Below, piece after piece: positions 28,438 through 39,959 of a stretch of 64,000 nt of DNA (position 1 is its first letter; each line of letters starts with the position of its first letter). Both the position numbers and the translations under genes were made by a program. The DNA lies in the NCBI GenBank assembly GCA_034530615.2, contig JAVRCV020000073.1, positions 64,001 through 128,000 of the forward strand, read 5' to 3'. The notes beneath the pieces are model-generated. The model saw only the letters and a list, made by a program, of their open reading frames with translations, made no database searches and was not told the DNA's origin. Source of the stretch: Aulosira sp. ZfuVER01 (lineage in GTDB: Bacteria > Cyanobacteriota > Cyanobacteriia > Cyanobacteriales > Nostocaceae).

Positions 28438-29484
28438 TCAGCGAATTTTGACGAACCCAGCCTGGGTTATCAGTTCCTGTCCCTGCTCAGTTAGAAGTAA
28501 GTTGGCATAAGCAATACCTGCTTGCTGCTCGATTTGACCAGTCTGTTTGACCACCACAAACAGATTGCGTGTAATCGGGTATTTTCCTGATTGGAAAGCC
28601 TCAATGTTCAATTTGTTTCGTTTACCAGGACATTCATTCGGGAGGACAAATGGTTCTTGGTAGGGAGCAACGTACTTCCCTTGCGTTCGCCCCAACGGTA
28701 AGGGTTTAATTGAGCATTGAGGAACCACCTCTGGGGCAGAAGCATAATAAATACCACCAGGACTACTAGCCAATTTTTGCAAGGCTTGGGTGGTAGTGGA
28801 GACGAATTCCACTTGCGATCCAAAAGATTGACCACCCAAGATGTCTTGGACAAAAAGTTCTACTGTGCCACCATCAGAGATACGTCGAGAATAAGGCTTA
28901 ATCGGAAGATTTAGCCCACCTAGTTGGTTCCAATTATTGATTTTGCCAGTATAGATAGATTTGAGCTAGTCTAAAGTCAGCCCTGGAATATTTAGATTGG
29001 GATTAACTGCTATTGCTAATCCATCAATTGCCACAGCAATTTGATTGAGACTAAATCCACGCTGTTGGGCGCGGCTTAATTCTTGATCTAAAACTGGCCT
29101 AGAGGACTGAACAAAGGCTAGCTGACCGTCGATTAGCGATTGTATACCCGTAGCAGAACCAGGCAATGCATTGCTGGGTTCCACATAGCGTAAGCGAAAC
29201 TCTGGTCTGGCTGCTGTGATTGCTGGGTCAACTGTTAGTCGAATTGGTGCCCAAGATGTGCTGCCTCCGTAGTTATATAATCCTATAGGAACATTTTCTA
29301 TAGATGTAAAGGTTTTGCCGCTGGGTTTTCCTGTGGAAGTCTGTGGGTTATTTGTTTTGTTAGAAATAGTTTGATTAAGATTAAAACCAGAATTTTTGGT
29401 AAACCACCAGAAGCCATCACCTATCAGCCCGGCAGTGATTGCCAGAGACAAGATTAGAATAGGTATTTCATTTTTTTGGGACAT
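28438..29484 (-). pseudogene. Membrane-anchored PstS-like binding protein with one internal amber codon
   Basis: ORFs 28966-29484 and 28438-28839 are in one frame, and the intervening codons read LKSIYTGKINNWNQLGG... The only lesion is TAG at 28966-28968, where the paralogue has Q. Confidence 0.88.
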
Positions 29485-29738
29485 AGCACGTAACCTTGTA
29501 TGTCGGTTAAATACAACTAGTGACTAAATGTTAAATTTTTTAATTTTAAATTTTGGATTGAAATATCTGCTCTGGCAAAATTTAATTTAAGAATTGACAA
29601 AGTAAGTATTTTAAATCATCAAAACATCCTGTTAAAGACAATTTAAAATTCCTTATTCAAGCTCCTAAATACATTAGGTTTCTACCAAGCATTACAAGGC
29701 AAGTATCAATCTAAAATCTAAAAATTCAAAATTTTTAA

Positions 29739-30767
29739 TTAACGAATTCTAACAAATCCAGCTTTAGCAATTAATTCCTGACCTCGATCTGTTAGCAGCC
29801 AGTTAGCATAAGCTTCTCCTGCTTGCTGATCGCTTTGTCCATTTTGTTTAACTATTACAAATAACCGCCTAGTAATTGGATATTCACCTTTTTGGAAGGC
29901 AACTGCATTGAGTCGGTTGCGTTGTTGTGGGCAGCTTTGCAGGGGAATGAAAGGCTCTTTGTAAGGCGGAATGAGTTGATCGGATTTTCGTCCTAGGGGT
30001 AAGGGCTTCACAGTACATTGTCCAACCACTTCTGGGGCAGAGGCATAGTAAATTCCCCCGGGATTATTTGCCACTTCTTTTAAGGCTTGAGTTGTAGTTG
30101 AGATAAATTTGACATTGGCACCAAATTTTTCTCCTCCCATGACATTTTGATCAAAAAATTCGACGGTGCCTCCCTCCTCTAAACGCCGCGAGTAAGGTGT
30201 AATGGGTACATTAGGGCCATTCACCTGTTGCCAATTAGTCAGCTTGCCAGTGTAAATATCTTTAAGCTGTGCTATTGTTAGACCCGGAATTTGGAGATCG
30301 GGATTAACTGCGATCGCAATTCCATCAATCGCCACAGGAATTTCTTTGAGTTGAAAGCCTCGTTGTTGAGCCTTCTGGTATTCCTCATCTTTGAGAGAGC
30401 GAGATGACTGGGAAAAAGCTAGTTGGTTATCTAAAAGCATTTTTATTCCCGTACCAGAACCAGGCGCACCAGTAGTAGGATCTGTGTAGCGTAATTGATA
30501 ATTAGGCCAAAGCTTTTGAATTTCTGGGTCTACTTCTTTACGGATGGGAGCCCAAGTAGTACTTCCCCCATAACTAAACAATCCTGAGGGAACATTTATT
30601 TTTTTGGTAAATGTATCTTCATTAGAGCGAGATTGGTTAATCGTCAAACTATTGATTACACCAGAATTATTAGCTAACCACCAAAATACACCACCTACTA
30701 ACCCTAGTGTAATTACCAAAGTTAAAGCCAAAACTCCAGTTTCGTTAGTTCCGTTTTTTGGCGGCAT
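29739..30767 (-). CDS. Membrane-anchored PstS-family substrate-binding protein
   Basis: YGGSTTW, GSGTGI, QSSR, VAIDGIAI and YPITRRL motifs; N-terminal TM anchor without a lipobox. Confidence 0.88.
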   Translation of the reverse strand: MPPKNGTNETGVLALTLVITLGLVGGVFWWLANNSGVINSLTINQSRSNEDTFTKKINVPSGLFSYGGSTTWAPIRKEVDPEIQKLWPNYQLRYTDPTTGAPGSGTGIKMLLDNQLAFSQSSRSLKDEEYQKAQQRGFQLKEIPVAIDGIAIAVNPDLQIPGLTIAQLKDIYTGKLTNWQQVNGPNVPITPYSRRLEEGGTVEFFDQNVMGGEKFGANVKFISTTTQALKEVANNPGGIYYASAPEVVGQCTVKPLPLGRKSDQLIPPYKEPFIPLQSCPQQRNRLNAVAFQKGEYPITRRLFVIVKQNGQSDQQAGEAYANWLLTDRGQELIAKAGFVRIR

Positions 30768-30900
30768 AGTTGTTATTTTGATCTTTATCTATAAACGCAA
30801 TGTCCCATTTTGAGGTTTCTTCTAGGTTAAGAATAGGTTAAGTGTTGATTTTGGCTGGTAAGGTAAGTTACTCCCAGCAATTACACTGACAGGCAAAAGT

Positions 30901-32292
30901 TTAAAGAATTAGAGAAAGCAATTTATAAATCAAGCGAAATAGCGCTGTTAGTGCAATACTTACTAAGGCTGCGGCAAATGCTAGTAGCAATATTTGCTGA
31001 ATGCCAAGCTCACCACGTAACAATGGTAAAAAAAATATCAGAGCAAAAGTAACTCCAGGAATAATTAACAAATCTAGTTTTTCAATCCACCTTCTTGTTT
31101 GGGCAAAAATCAGTATTCCCAAAATTACAAATGAAATACCTAGAGTAATGATGGGGTTATGTATCAGGCTCAAACAAGTGATCGCGATTAATGCTCCTTC
31201 AAAGCCGCTAAAGGCGGCTCCTCCTAACAATTCCCATGTAGAAAAGGCTGGTATAGCTGTTGGTAATGGTGAGACAACAGAACTAGAACTTTGTGTTGCA
31301 GGTGGCGACGTGGGTGTAATGTATGTAGGTGGTATTAACTGTGGCTGATAAATTTCTGCAAGTGAATCTAAAACCTCTTGCGCTGACTGAAAGCGTTGAT
31401 TGGCAGCCGGGAAGAGCATTTTGTCTAAAATATCAGCTAAACGAGGATTGATCGTGACTTGTTCTCGCCATTTCCACTGATTACTATAGCCATCAAATAA
31501 CTTAGTTGCTTCCTGACCAGTCAGCAAGGTTAAAACAGTTACAGCTAGGGCATATAAATCTGTAGAGGGGAAGACCTGATTTCCCGCCATCTGCTCAGGC
31601 GGTGCAAATCCCATAGAGTAAATTCCTGTAGAAGAAGTTGCAGGAGCATTTGTGACTTGTTTGACTGCACCAAAATCTAGCAGGAAAAGTCTGCCATCAC
31701 GACGACGCATGATGTTAGAAGGTTTAATATCTCTGTGGATAATACCTTTTTCATGGACAAACTTAAGTATCTTGAGGATTTCTTGTAGTACATCTAAAAT
31801 TTCTGGTTCAGAAAACCTGCTTTTTGTGACTAATTCTTCCTCAAGATTTTGCCCGTTAATATATTCCTGTACTAAATAAAAAAACTGATCTTGCTGTCCT
31901 GGTTGTAAGCTGGGAACCGTCATCGGAAAGAAAGCAAACAAGTCAGGAATTTGCTCGTGTTCGTTGCCTATATGTGCCAAAACCTCTGCTTCTCTTTCAA
32001 ATAACTGTTGAGCTATTTGCAGTTGAGTAGAGGTTAAGTTCCCTGTAGGTTGAAATTGCTTCACTACACATTGACGCATTCCGGGAATCCGGCGATCGCG
32101 TGCTAAAAATGCTGCGCCAAACCCTCCCCTACCTAAAAGCTTAATTGGTACATATCGACCATCAAGCATTAAAGGCATTCCACAGGTAGTACAGTATTTT
32201 TGCTGGGCTGTTTTCAGCGTCGTGTGATCATCTAAATCCGCAAAATAGTTTTGTGGACGCGGACAGCGTGGACGAGTGCAGTAGACTTCCAT
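30901..32292 (-). CDS. Hanks-type Ser/Thr kinase with N-terminal 4-Cys ribbon and C-terminal TM helices
   Basis: YCTRPRC...CTTCG, LGRGGFG, VVKQ, HRDIKPSN, DFG and PPEQ motifs; about 4 C-terminal TMs. Confidence 0.93.
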   Translation of the reverse strand: MEVYCTRPRCPRPQNYFADLDDHTTLKTAQQKYCTTCGMPLMLDGRYVPIKLLGRGGFGAAFLARDRRIPGMRQCVVKQFQPTGNLTSTQLQIAQQLFEREAEVLAHIGNEHEQIPDLFAFFPMTVPSLQPGQQDQFFYLVQEYINGQNLEEELVTKSRFSEPEILDVLQEILKILKFVHEKGIIHRDIKPSNIMRRRDGRLFLLDFGAVKQVTNAPATSSTGIYSMGFAPPEQMAGNQVFPSTDLYALAVTVLTLLTGQEATKLFDGYSNQWKWREQVTINPRLADILDKMLFPAANQRFQSAQEVLDSLAEIYQPQLIPPTYITPTSPPATQSSSSVVSPLPTAIPAFSTWELLGGAAFSGFEGALIAITCLSLIHNPIITLGISFVILGILIFAQTRRWIEKLDLLIIPGVTFALIFFLPLLRGELGIQQILLLAFAAALVSIALTALFRLIYKLLSLIL

Positions 32293-32584
32293 TTTAGTTA
32301 TTCGTCAATAGTCCATAGTCAGTAGTCCATAGTCAGTAGTCCATCGTACAGTGAGGGCGTAAATAAATAACCCCTGTCCTGCAATTTTGGCGTTAGCTGT
32401 TCTCTTAGACGCACAGAATCCGGCTGACAACAAGCAAGAGTAGAGTAAGCCGCCTTGCATCTGCAATACTAAGCAAAAGCTCAGAGTAAACCTCTGATTA
32501 CATTTGACTACCGCATAGCAGTAATAGTCTTTTTAACCCATGACTCATGACTCATGACTAATGACTAATAACTAATGACAGAGG

Positions 32585-33598
32585 TTAGCCTTCGTCAGTT
32601 GAAACGGGCGACACTGCATCCAATGTATTTATCATTAAGTTTTTTTGCGATAGTTGTAACACATTGTGGTTCCATCCAGGGGTAGCAAATTGAGGCAAAA
32701 TTTCTTGACTAAAAGCTTCTGCTGCCTTGGATCGATAACGATTCGGATTAAAAATCAGCCACAGTGTGCGTTTAACAACAACGCCTTCAATAGGAGCACA
32801 GTGCAACACGCCCATTTGTAACTCTTTTGCAATGGCGGAAGTAGAAACAAAAGCTGCCCCTAAACCTGATTGCACGGCATTTTTAATTGCTTCTATGGAA
32901 TTCAATTCCATTTCGACTTTAAAACGCCGTGTATCAATTTCACAGCGTGCTAGCACTTGGTCAATGACTTTGCGGATAGTCGATTGGGAATCTAAAGTAA
33001 TGAATTGTAATTTATAAAGGTCTTCTTTTTGGATAGTTCCAAGTTTGGAAAAGGGATGGAAGATCGGTAAAATCAGCACCAGCTCATCTTCAGCGTAGGG
33101 AAGAATTTCTAATGATTCTGCCAATTCACCGGGAATTTCGCCGCCGATGATGGCTAAATCCACCTGTCCGTTAGCGACACTCCAAGCTGTCCGGCGAGTT
33201 GAGTGGACGTGTAATTGCACCGCCACATCGGGATATTTTTGCCTAAACATACCGATCATTTTGGGCAACAAATAAGTGCCGGTGGTTTGAGAAGCGCCGA
33301 CAATCAAAGTGCCACCTTGGAGATTTTGTAAATCCTCAATAGCTCGGCAGGTTTCTTGACACAGACTGAGGATTTTCTCCCCATAACTCAGAAGTAGATG
33401 CCCAGCTTCAGTTAATTGTGCACGGCGTCCTCCACGGTCAAATAAAGGGACATCGAGCTGCCGTTCTAAGTTTTGCACTTGCAAGCTGACGGCAGGTTGG
33501 GAGACATAAAGACTATCAGCGGCGCGTTTGAAGCTCCCTTCTACGGCGATCGCTTTGAGAATACGTAACTGATCTAAAGTGAAAGGAAGGTCAGACAT
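32585..33598 (-). CDS. pacR: LysR-family RbcR/Ycf30-type regulator (PacR)
   Basis: [35 protein letters not shown]-terminus; context next to NnrU-trxC-ndhF-ndhD as recalled for PCC 7120 all3953. Confidence 0.85.
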   Translation of the reverse strand: MSDLPFTLDQLRILKAIAVEGSFKRAADSLYVSQPAVSLQVQNLERQLDVPLFDRGGRRAQLTEAGHLLLSYGEKILSLCQETCRAIEDLQNLQGGTLIVGASQTTGTYLLPKMIGMFRQKYPDVAVQLHVHSTRRTAWSVANGQVDLAIIGGEIPGELAESLEILPYAEDELVLILPIFHPFSKLGTIQKEDLYKLQFITLDSQSTIRKVIDQVLARCEIDTRRFKVEMELNSIEAIKNAVQSGLGAAFVSTSAIAKELQMGVLHCAPIEGVVVKRTLWLIFNPNRYRSKAAEAFSQEILPQFATPGWNHNVLQLSQKNLMINTLDAVSPVSTDEG

Positions 33599-33790
33599 AG
33601 GCTAAACCCACAAACAAGAAAGGAGCGGCTTTGGCAAGAAATCAGCATTTCAATGGCATCTTAAACTTGGAAGTTTGAGTCGGAAAAGACAGTAGCACAA
33701 CATCATTGACTAAAGTCCCTGTGTAAATACTTTGTGGTATTGGTTGTACTGAACTAAGTTTCCTTTAATTTACTTCACTTACGTATAAGT

Positions 33791-34507
33791 ATGATGCTGA
33801 TTTCTTGGTTAACCCCCAGTCATTTTGTCATATTGGGGCTACAGTTAGTTTTTGCGATCGCTCACAGTGGGGGAGCTGCCTTACGGCCTTGGGCAGAAAA
33901 ATACATTGGGCCAAGGCTTTATCGGATTTTATTTGCCTTAGTCAGCTTGCCCTTAGCTGTAATATTAATTATTTACTTTTTTAATCACCGTTATGATGGC
34001 TTGCAACTTTGGCAGGTGAAAGATGTACCTGGAGTGCAGATTTTAGTTTGGGTGCTGTCAGCGATTTCCTTTTTGTTTTTGTATCCTGCTACCTTCAATC
34101 TACTAGAAATTGCCGCTATTCAAAAGCCTCAGGTTCATCTTTACGAGACGGGAATTATTCGCATCACTCGTCATCCCCAAATGGTAGGACAAATAATTTG
34201 GTGTATTGCCCATACTCTTTGGCTAGGTACTACCTTTACGCTGATTACCTCAATTGGGTTAGTGTTGCATCATTTATTTGGGGTGTGGCACGGGGATCGC
34301 CGCCTGAGCCTACGCTATGGCGAAGCCTTTGAAAGTGTTAAACAGCGGACTTCAATTATTCCCTTTCGCGCAATTATCGCAGGTCGTCAATGTCTTAAAT
34401 GGTCAGAATTTCTGCGTCCTGCCTATTTAGGAGTTGCCATTTTTGTAGCTTTACTTTGGTGGTCGCACCCCCTGTTATTATCAGCAACTAGTAAGTTAAC
34501 ATGGTAG
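33791..34507 (+). CDS. NnrU family protein, probable 15-cis-zeta-carotene isomerase (Z-ISO)
   Basis: AIAHSG, PATFNLLE, GIIRITRHPQM and HGDRRL motifs. Confidence 0.82.
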   Translation: MMLISWLTPSHFVILGLQLVFAIAHSGGAALRPWAEKYIGPRLYRILFALVSLPLAVILIIYFFNHRYDGLQLWQVKDVPGVQILVWVLSAISFLFLYPATFNLLEIAAIQKPQVHLYETGIIRITRHPQMVGQIIWCIAHTLWLGTTFTLITSIGLVLHHLFGVWHGDRRLSLRYGEAFESVKQRTSIIPFRAIIAGRQCLKWSEFLRPAYLGVAIFVALLWWSHPLLLSATSKLTW

Positions 34508-34909
34508 CTTTAGGCGATCCCCAATATCATAAGATACTACTCAAATTGATGAAAATGACAACTTATCAATTGCTACCAAATCAATGTACGATAAATTCAA
34601 ATAGCTGTCAGTGGGGGTGTATGTAGTCAGTTTGAGATTTTATATTGGTAGTTGCTGGTAAATCAGTTTTCCTGGGAAATGAATAGCAGATTCAGCCTAA
34701 ATACCCAGGCAACAGTGGCTACCAAGAGTTGAACATCCAAAAAAGCCAGCGCGACATTCATGGTGGCTTTTTGGTCAGCGCCGCAATCAACGCAATCAAT
34801 TTTGTCTAACTATCTGTGCCCTGAGAGCGTCTATCGGCAGTAACTGGCTTGCCAACACTACCTGCTGATAGTTAGTTTGATATCAAAACCCTATAATTCT
34901 AGAGGCGTC

Positions 34910-35296
34910 ATGGTGTTGTCGGTTAGTGAGCGGACATTTACTCAAGAAGTTTTAGAATCTCCTATTCCAGTTTTAGTGAATTTTGAAGCACCTTGGTGTG
35001 GCTTGTGCCGCATTATCCACCCCCTGTTGTTGCAATTTCAAGCCCAATGCGGGGAGCAAATTAAATTAGTCGGGGTTAATGCTGACCAAAATTTCAAGCT
35101 GTCTAATACTTATCGACTAAAATCACTGCCAACTTTACTTTTAATTGAAAATGGCACCATCCAACATCGTCTTGAGGGTTTTCGTGGCAGAGACGATTTA
35201 CGTCTAGCTTTAGAAGAGATTAAAGCTAGCTACAGTCAGCGCTCTCAAACCTACAATAGCCCAAAAGCATTAGATTTAGGATGTCGCAAGGCATAA
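34910..35296 (+). CDS. trxC: Atypical thioredoxin (WCGLC)
   Basis: APWCGLC active site; ATG at 34910 with AGAGG SD. Confidence 0.85.
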   Translation: MVLSVSERTFTQEVLESPIPVLVNFEAPWCGLCRIIHPLLLQFQAQCGEQIKLVGVNADQNFKLSNTYRLKSLPTLLLIENGTIQHRLEGFRGRDDLRLALEEIKASYSQRSQTYNSPKALDLGCRKA

Positions 35297-35395
35297 AAAA
35301 GTCAAAAGTAAATACTTAAAATAGAGGATATTCACTCTTGACAATCGGTGATTAATTACCACCTTGGTAAAGCAAATATAAAACCAACCTTAACG

Positions 35396-35427
35396 CCCCA
35401 CCCAATGACCTCCGGGTGGGGTATTTT
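35396..35427 (+). terminator. Probable terminator after trxC
   Basis: CCCCACCC...GGGTGGGG followed by TATTTT. Confidence 0.6.
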
Positions 35428-35706
35428 ATGCTAAAGGGTGTGTGTCACAATTATTAACAGTTCGACCTAGACAGTTGCCTGATGACGCACAGTTGACCGC
35501 AACGGAGATTGCTTTAAAGTTATGATGCGAAGATCGCAGTCGTCTTGGCCCTGAAAAATGCCACTTGCTACCCTGAGGGTTGTCGAAGAGAGTACAATTC
35601 TGGCGATCGCAGACAGTGTCTACAAACTTTTCTCTCCGTCCCAGTCTACTCAAGACCGTCGGCAGCGCTGTCCTAACTTAGTCAAGAATCATAAAAGTAA
35701 GCGTCA

Positions 35707-37809
35707 GTGATGGAAGTAATCTATCAATATGCCTGGCTGATTCCTGTATTGCCTCTTTTCGGGGCAATGCTGGTCGGTCTAGGATTAATTTCGATAAATC
35801 AGGTGACAAACCGCCTACGACAGCTGAACGCTGTAGTAATTATCTCCCTAATGGGAGCAGCGATGGGGCTGTCGTTTGCCTTGCTGTGGAGCCAAATTCA
35901 AGGACATCCAACTTATATCCGTACCCTAGAATGGGCAGCAGCAGGCAATTTTCACCTGAGTATGGGCTACACAATTGACCACTTAACAGCCTTGATGCTG
36001 GTAATTGTGACCACAGTAGCTTTCTTAGTCATGGTTTACACCGATGGCTACATGGCTCACGACCCCGGCTACGTCAGGTTTTACGCCTATCTCAGTTTGT
36101 TTGGCTCCTCAATGTTGGGTCTGGTAGTCAGCTCCAACCTAGTGCAGGTTTATATATTCTGGGAACTGGTGGGAATGTGTTCCTACTTGCTGGTCGGCTT
36201 TTGGTACGATCGCAAGTCAGCAGCAGATGCAGCCCAAAAAGCATTTGTCACCAACCGAGTGGGAGACTTCGGTTTATTACTCGGCATTTTGGGGCTATTC
36301 TGGGCGACAGGAAGCTTTGATTTTGGCGTCATGGGCGATCGCCTCGCTCAACTAGTACAATCGGGTTCTGTCAGCAATTTTCTGGCTGTCCTGTTGGCGA
36401 TTTTAGTCTTCCTCGGCCCGGTGGCAAAATCAGCCCAATTTCCTCTGCATGTGTGGCTACCAGATGCGATGGAAGGCCCCACCCCCATTTCTGCCTTGAT
36501 CCACGCCGCAACAATGGTGGCAGCTGGGGTGTTCCTGATTGCCCGGATGTACCCGGTTTTTGAACACGTCCCAGCAGCCATGAACGTAATTGCCTTTACG
36601 GGGGCATTTACAGCGTTTTTGGGGGCAACAATTGCTATTACCCAAAATGACATCAAAAAAGGTTTAGCTTACTCCACCATTTCCCAGTTGGGTTACATGG
36701 TGATGGCAATGGGAGTAGGTTCCTACAGTGCGGGATTGTTCCACCTCATGACCCACGCCTATTTCAAGGCAATGCTGTTCTTGGGTTCCGGTTCGGTGAT
36801 TCACGGTATGGAAGGAGTCGTTGGTCATGACCCCGTATTAGCCCAGGATATGCGGTTGATGGGGGGATTGCGCAAATATATGCCAATCACCGGGATTACC
36901 TTCTTGATTGGTTGCTTGGCAATTTCTGGTGTCCCACCCTTTGCCGGATTCTGGTCAAAAGATGAAATTTTGGGGAAAGCTTTTGAGGCTAATCCATTTC
37001 TCTGGATGATTGGCTGGCTAACGGCCGGAATTACCGCTTTCTATATGTTCAGAATGTATTTCATGACATTTGAAGGCAAATTCCGGGGTAAGGATGAAAA
37101 AATCAAAGACAAGCTCAAGAAAGCAGCGACCATTATCCTGGAATTAGAGTCAGCAGAACCAGCCCCGACTTTTGGCCCCGGGGCTATGAAAAAAGGCGAA
37201 TTGGCTGCTACTAGCGGACATCATGGTTCCCACGACTCCCACGGGCATCACAGCGATACTCCCCACGAGTCACCGTGGACGATGACCCTACCATTGGCAC
37301 TTTTAGCCGTGCCTTCCATTTTGATTGGTTTGGTAGGCACACCCTACGCCAACTACTTTGAGGAATTCATCTTCCCACCCTCAGAAACCCTAGCTGAAGT
37401 TGTAGAAAAAGCCGCCGAGTTCAACCCGACGGAATTTTACGTTATGGCGGGGGCTTCCGTAGGCATTTCTTTGATTGGGATTACCTTGGCTTCCTTGATG
37501 TATTTGCGCGGTAAAATCGACCCAGCTGCGATCGCGGAAAAAATCAAACCGCTTTATCAGCTGTCTCTCAACAAATGGTACTTTGATGACATTTACCATC
37601 GTGTCTTCGTCATGGGCTTGCGTCGCCTAGCTAGACAAGTCATGGAAGTTGATTTCCGGGTTGTCGATGGTGCTGTTAACCTCACAGGCTTTTTCACCCT
37701 TGTGAGTGGCGAAGGGCTGAAATACCTAGAAAACGGTCGCGCTCAATTCTATGCCTTGATTATCTTTGGGGCAGTTTTGGGCTTGGTGATTGTCTTTGGT
37801 ATTACCTAA
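35707..37809 (+). CDS. ndhF1: NDH-1 subunit 5
   Basis: FWELVGMCSYLL, NRVGD and KSAQFPLHVWLPDAMEGPTPISALIHAATMV motifs. Confidence 0.95.
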   Translation: MMEVIYQYAWLIPVLPLFGAMLVGLGLISINQVTNRLRQLNAVVIISLMGAAMGLSFALLWSQIQGHPTYIRTLEWAAAGNFHLSMGYTIDHLTALMLVIVTTVAFLVMVYTDGYMAHDPGYVRFYAYLSLFGSSMLGLVVSSNLVQVYIFWELVGMCSYLLVGFWYDRKSAADAAQKAFVTNRVGDFGLLLGILGLFWATGSFDFGVMGDRLAQLVQSGSVSNFLAVLLAILVFLGPVAKSAQFPLHVWLPDAMEGPTPISALIHAATMVAAGVFLIARMYPVFEHVPAAMNVIAFTGAFTAFLGATIAITQNDIKKGLAYSTISQLGYMVMAMGVGSYSAGLFHLMTHAYFKAMLFLGSGSVIHGMEGVVGHDPVLAQDMRLMGGLRKYMPITGITFLIGCLAISGVPPFAGFWSKDEILGKAFEANPFLWMIGWLTAGITAFYMFRMYFMTFEGKFRGKDEKIKDKLKKAATIILELESAEPAPTFGPGAMKKGELAATSGHHGSHDSHGHHSDTPHESPWTMTLPLALLAVPSILIGLVGTPYANYFEEFIFPPSETLAEVVEKAAEFNPTEFYVMAGASVGISLIGITLASLMYLRGKIDPAAIAEKIKPLYQLSLNKWYFDDIYHRVFVMGLRRLARQVMEVDFRVVDGAVNLTGFFTLVSGEGLKYLENGRAQFYALIIFGAVLGLVIVFGIT

Positions 37810-38072
37810 GTTCAGTTCTGAGTCCTGAGTTTTGAGTAGTAAGAGAATTTGGAGTCAATACTCCTGTTGTGAGCAATCACTTCTGATAGCTCAGTGTTTA
37901 GCGAACAGTCAAATAATATCTTTGATTGAGATGAAGGCAGGCTGATACATTTACCTACCTTCATCTTTCTTCATTTTTGTTAAATCAACCTAATAAGGGA
38001 GGCCAAATCCCAAAAAAGCTGCTACTTAATAGCTAGTGACTTTTTGCCAAAAATGATTTTGATTGCAGGCGA

Positions 38073-39653
38073 ATGGCGATGAATACAGCTAACTTCCCGT
38101 GGCTGACGACGATTATCTTGTTACCGATAGTCGCGTCGCTACTGATTCCTATCATCCCAGATAAAGACGGCAAAACAGTGCGCTGGTATGCCTTGGTTGT
38201 GGGATTGATTGATTTTGCACTGATTGTTTACGCTTTTTATACTGGGTATGATTTCTCCAATCCCGATTTGCAGTTGGTGGAGAGTTACCCTTGGGTTCCG
38301 CAATTGGATTTGAAATGGTCAGTAGGGGCGGATGGCTTATCTATGCCCCTAATTATTTTGACTGGATTCATTACCACCCTGGCGGCCTTAGCAGCTTGGC
38401 CTGTGACACTCAAACCCAGGCTATTTTACTTTTTGCTCTTGGCGATGTATGGCGGTCAAATTGCCGTGTTCGCCGTCCAGGATATGCTGTTGTTTTTCCT
38501 AGTGTGGGAACTGGAATTGATTCCGGTTTACCTGTTGCTGGCGATTTGGGGCGGTAAAAAGCGGCAATATGCAGCGACCAAGTTTATTTTGTACACCGCA
38601 GGCGGTTCGCTGTTTATTTTGTTAGGCGCTTTGACAATGGCCTTTTATGGCGATACAGTCACCTTTGATATGCGATCGCTCGGACTCAAAGACTACGCCC
38701 TAAATTTCCAACTTTTACTTTATGGTGGCTTCCTGATTGCCTACGCCGTCAAGTTGCCCATCATTCCCTTGCACACTTGGCTACCAGATGCCCACGGTGA
38801 AGCTACAGCCCCCGTACACATGTTATTGGCTGGTATTCTGCTGAAAATGGGCGGTTACGCCTTAATTCGGATGAATGCTCAAATGTTACCCGATGCCCAT
38901 GCTTATTTTGCACCAGTGTTGGTGATTTTGGGGGTAGTAAATATCATCTACGCTGCCTTAACATCCTTTGCCCAGCGTAACCTGAAGCGGAAAATTGCCT
39001 ACTCCTCAATTTCGCACATGGGCTTTGTCACCATTGGTATTGCCTCCTTTACAGATTTGGGATTAAGTGGGGCAGTATTGCAAATGGTTTCCCACGGGTT
39101 GATTGGGGCAAGTTTATTCTTCCTGGTTGGTGCAACTTATGACCGGACACACACCCTGATGTTGGATGAAATGGGTGGTGTCGGTAAGAGAATGCAGAAA
39201 ATTTTTGCTATGTTTACCGCCTGTTCAATGGCTTCTTTAGCTTTGCCAGGAATGAGTGGTTTTGTAGCAGAATTAATGGTGTTTGTAGGCTTTGCTACCA
39301 GCGATGCATATAGCTCCACATTTAAAGTCATCGTGGTATTTTTGATGGCAGTTGGGGTAATTTTAACTCCAATTTATTTGCTATCAATGTTACGGGAAAT
39401 TTTCTACGGTCAAGAGAACGAAGAATTAGTTTCTCACCAAGCGCTGATAGATGCAGAACCCCGTGAGGTATTTATCATCGCCTGTTTGTTAGTGCCAATT
39501 ATTGGTATTGGTTTCTATCCCAAGCTGCTAACTCAGATGTATGACTCTACAACAGTACAGTTAACAGCACGATTGCGTGATTCAGTGCCAACATTAGCAC
39601 AGCAGAAAGAAGTACCAAAGGTTTCTTTAGTTGCGCCGGATATTGGCAATTAG
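38073..39653 (+). CDS. ndhD1: NDH-1 subunit 4
   Basis: [27 protein letters not shown] and [10 protein letters not shown] motifs; follows ndhF1. Confidence 0.93.
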   Translation: MAMNTANFPWLTTIILLPIVASLLIPIIPDKDGKTVRWYALVVGLIDFALIVYAFYTGYDFSNPDLQLVESYPWVPQLDLKWSVGADGLSMPLIILTGFITTLAALAAWPVTLKPRLFYFLLLAMYGGQIAVFAVQDMLLFFLVWELELIPVYLLLAIWGGKKRQYAATKFILYTAGGSLFILLGALTMAFYGDTVTFDMRSLGLKDYALNFQLLLYGGFLIAYAVKLPIIPLHTWLPDAHGEATAPVHMLLAGILLKMGGYALIRMNAQMLPDAHAYFAPVLVILGVVNIIYAALTSFAQRNLKRKIAYSSISHMGFVTIGIASFTDLGLSGAVLQMVSHGLIGASLFFLVGATYDRTHTLMLDEMGGVGKRMQKIFAMFTACSMASLALPGMSGFVAELMVFVGFATSDAYSSTFKVIVVFLMAVGVILTPIYLLSMLREIFYGQENEELVSHQALIDAEPREVFIIACLLVPIIGIGFYPKLLTQMYDSTTVQLTARLRDSVPTLAQQKEVPKVSLVAPDIGN

Positions 39654-39690
39654 GTGAAGATTGATAGTTGATATTACTATTGATTAGAGG

Positions 39691-39714
39691 GCGGGTATAA
39701 AACCCGCTTTTTTT
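39691..39714 (+). terminator. Rho-independent terminator after ndhD1
   Basis: GCGGGT-ATAAA-ACCCGC followed by T7. Confidence 0.8.
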
Positions 39715-39959
39715 GTTTGAATTTCCAGAATTTTACCAACATCACCGATAAAAAGTTGACTCAATAGTTTATATACTGAATTGGCTGTATGACATTTGAC
39801 CATATTTTTATAAAATTAGATATTGCTGCTATCTAGCTTAATTTTATCTAAAACCTCAGTATTACTTGAGTATCAAAAACAGAACTGCGGACTATATTCA
39901 TATCTCACTTCAATTCCTTTCCTATAATCTATCTAGAGTCAGCATTTGGCATACTGCTC

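Noticed and set aside
16017..28968. Two in-frame TAG codons as evidence of amber recoding
   Set aside because: Many intact genes here end in TAG (e.g. cobI, ndhD1), and both cases are single transitions (TGG>TAG, CAG>TAG) in dispensable genes.
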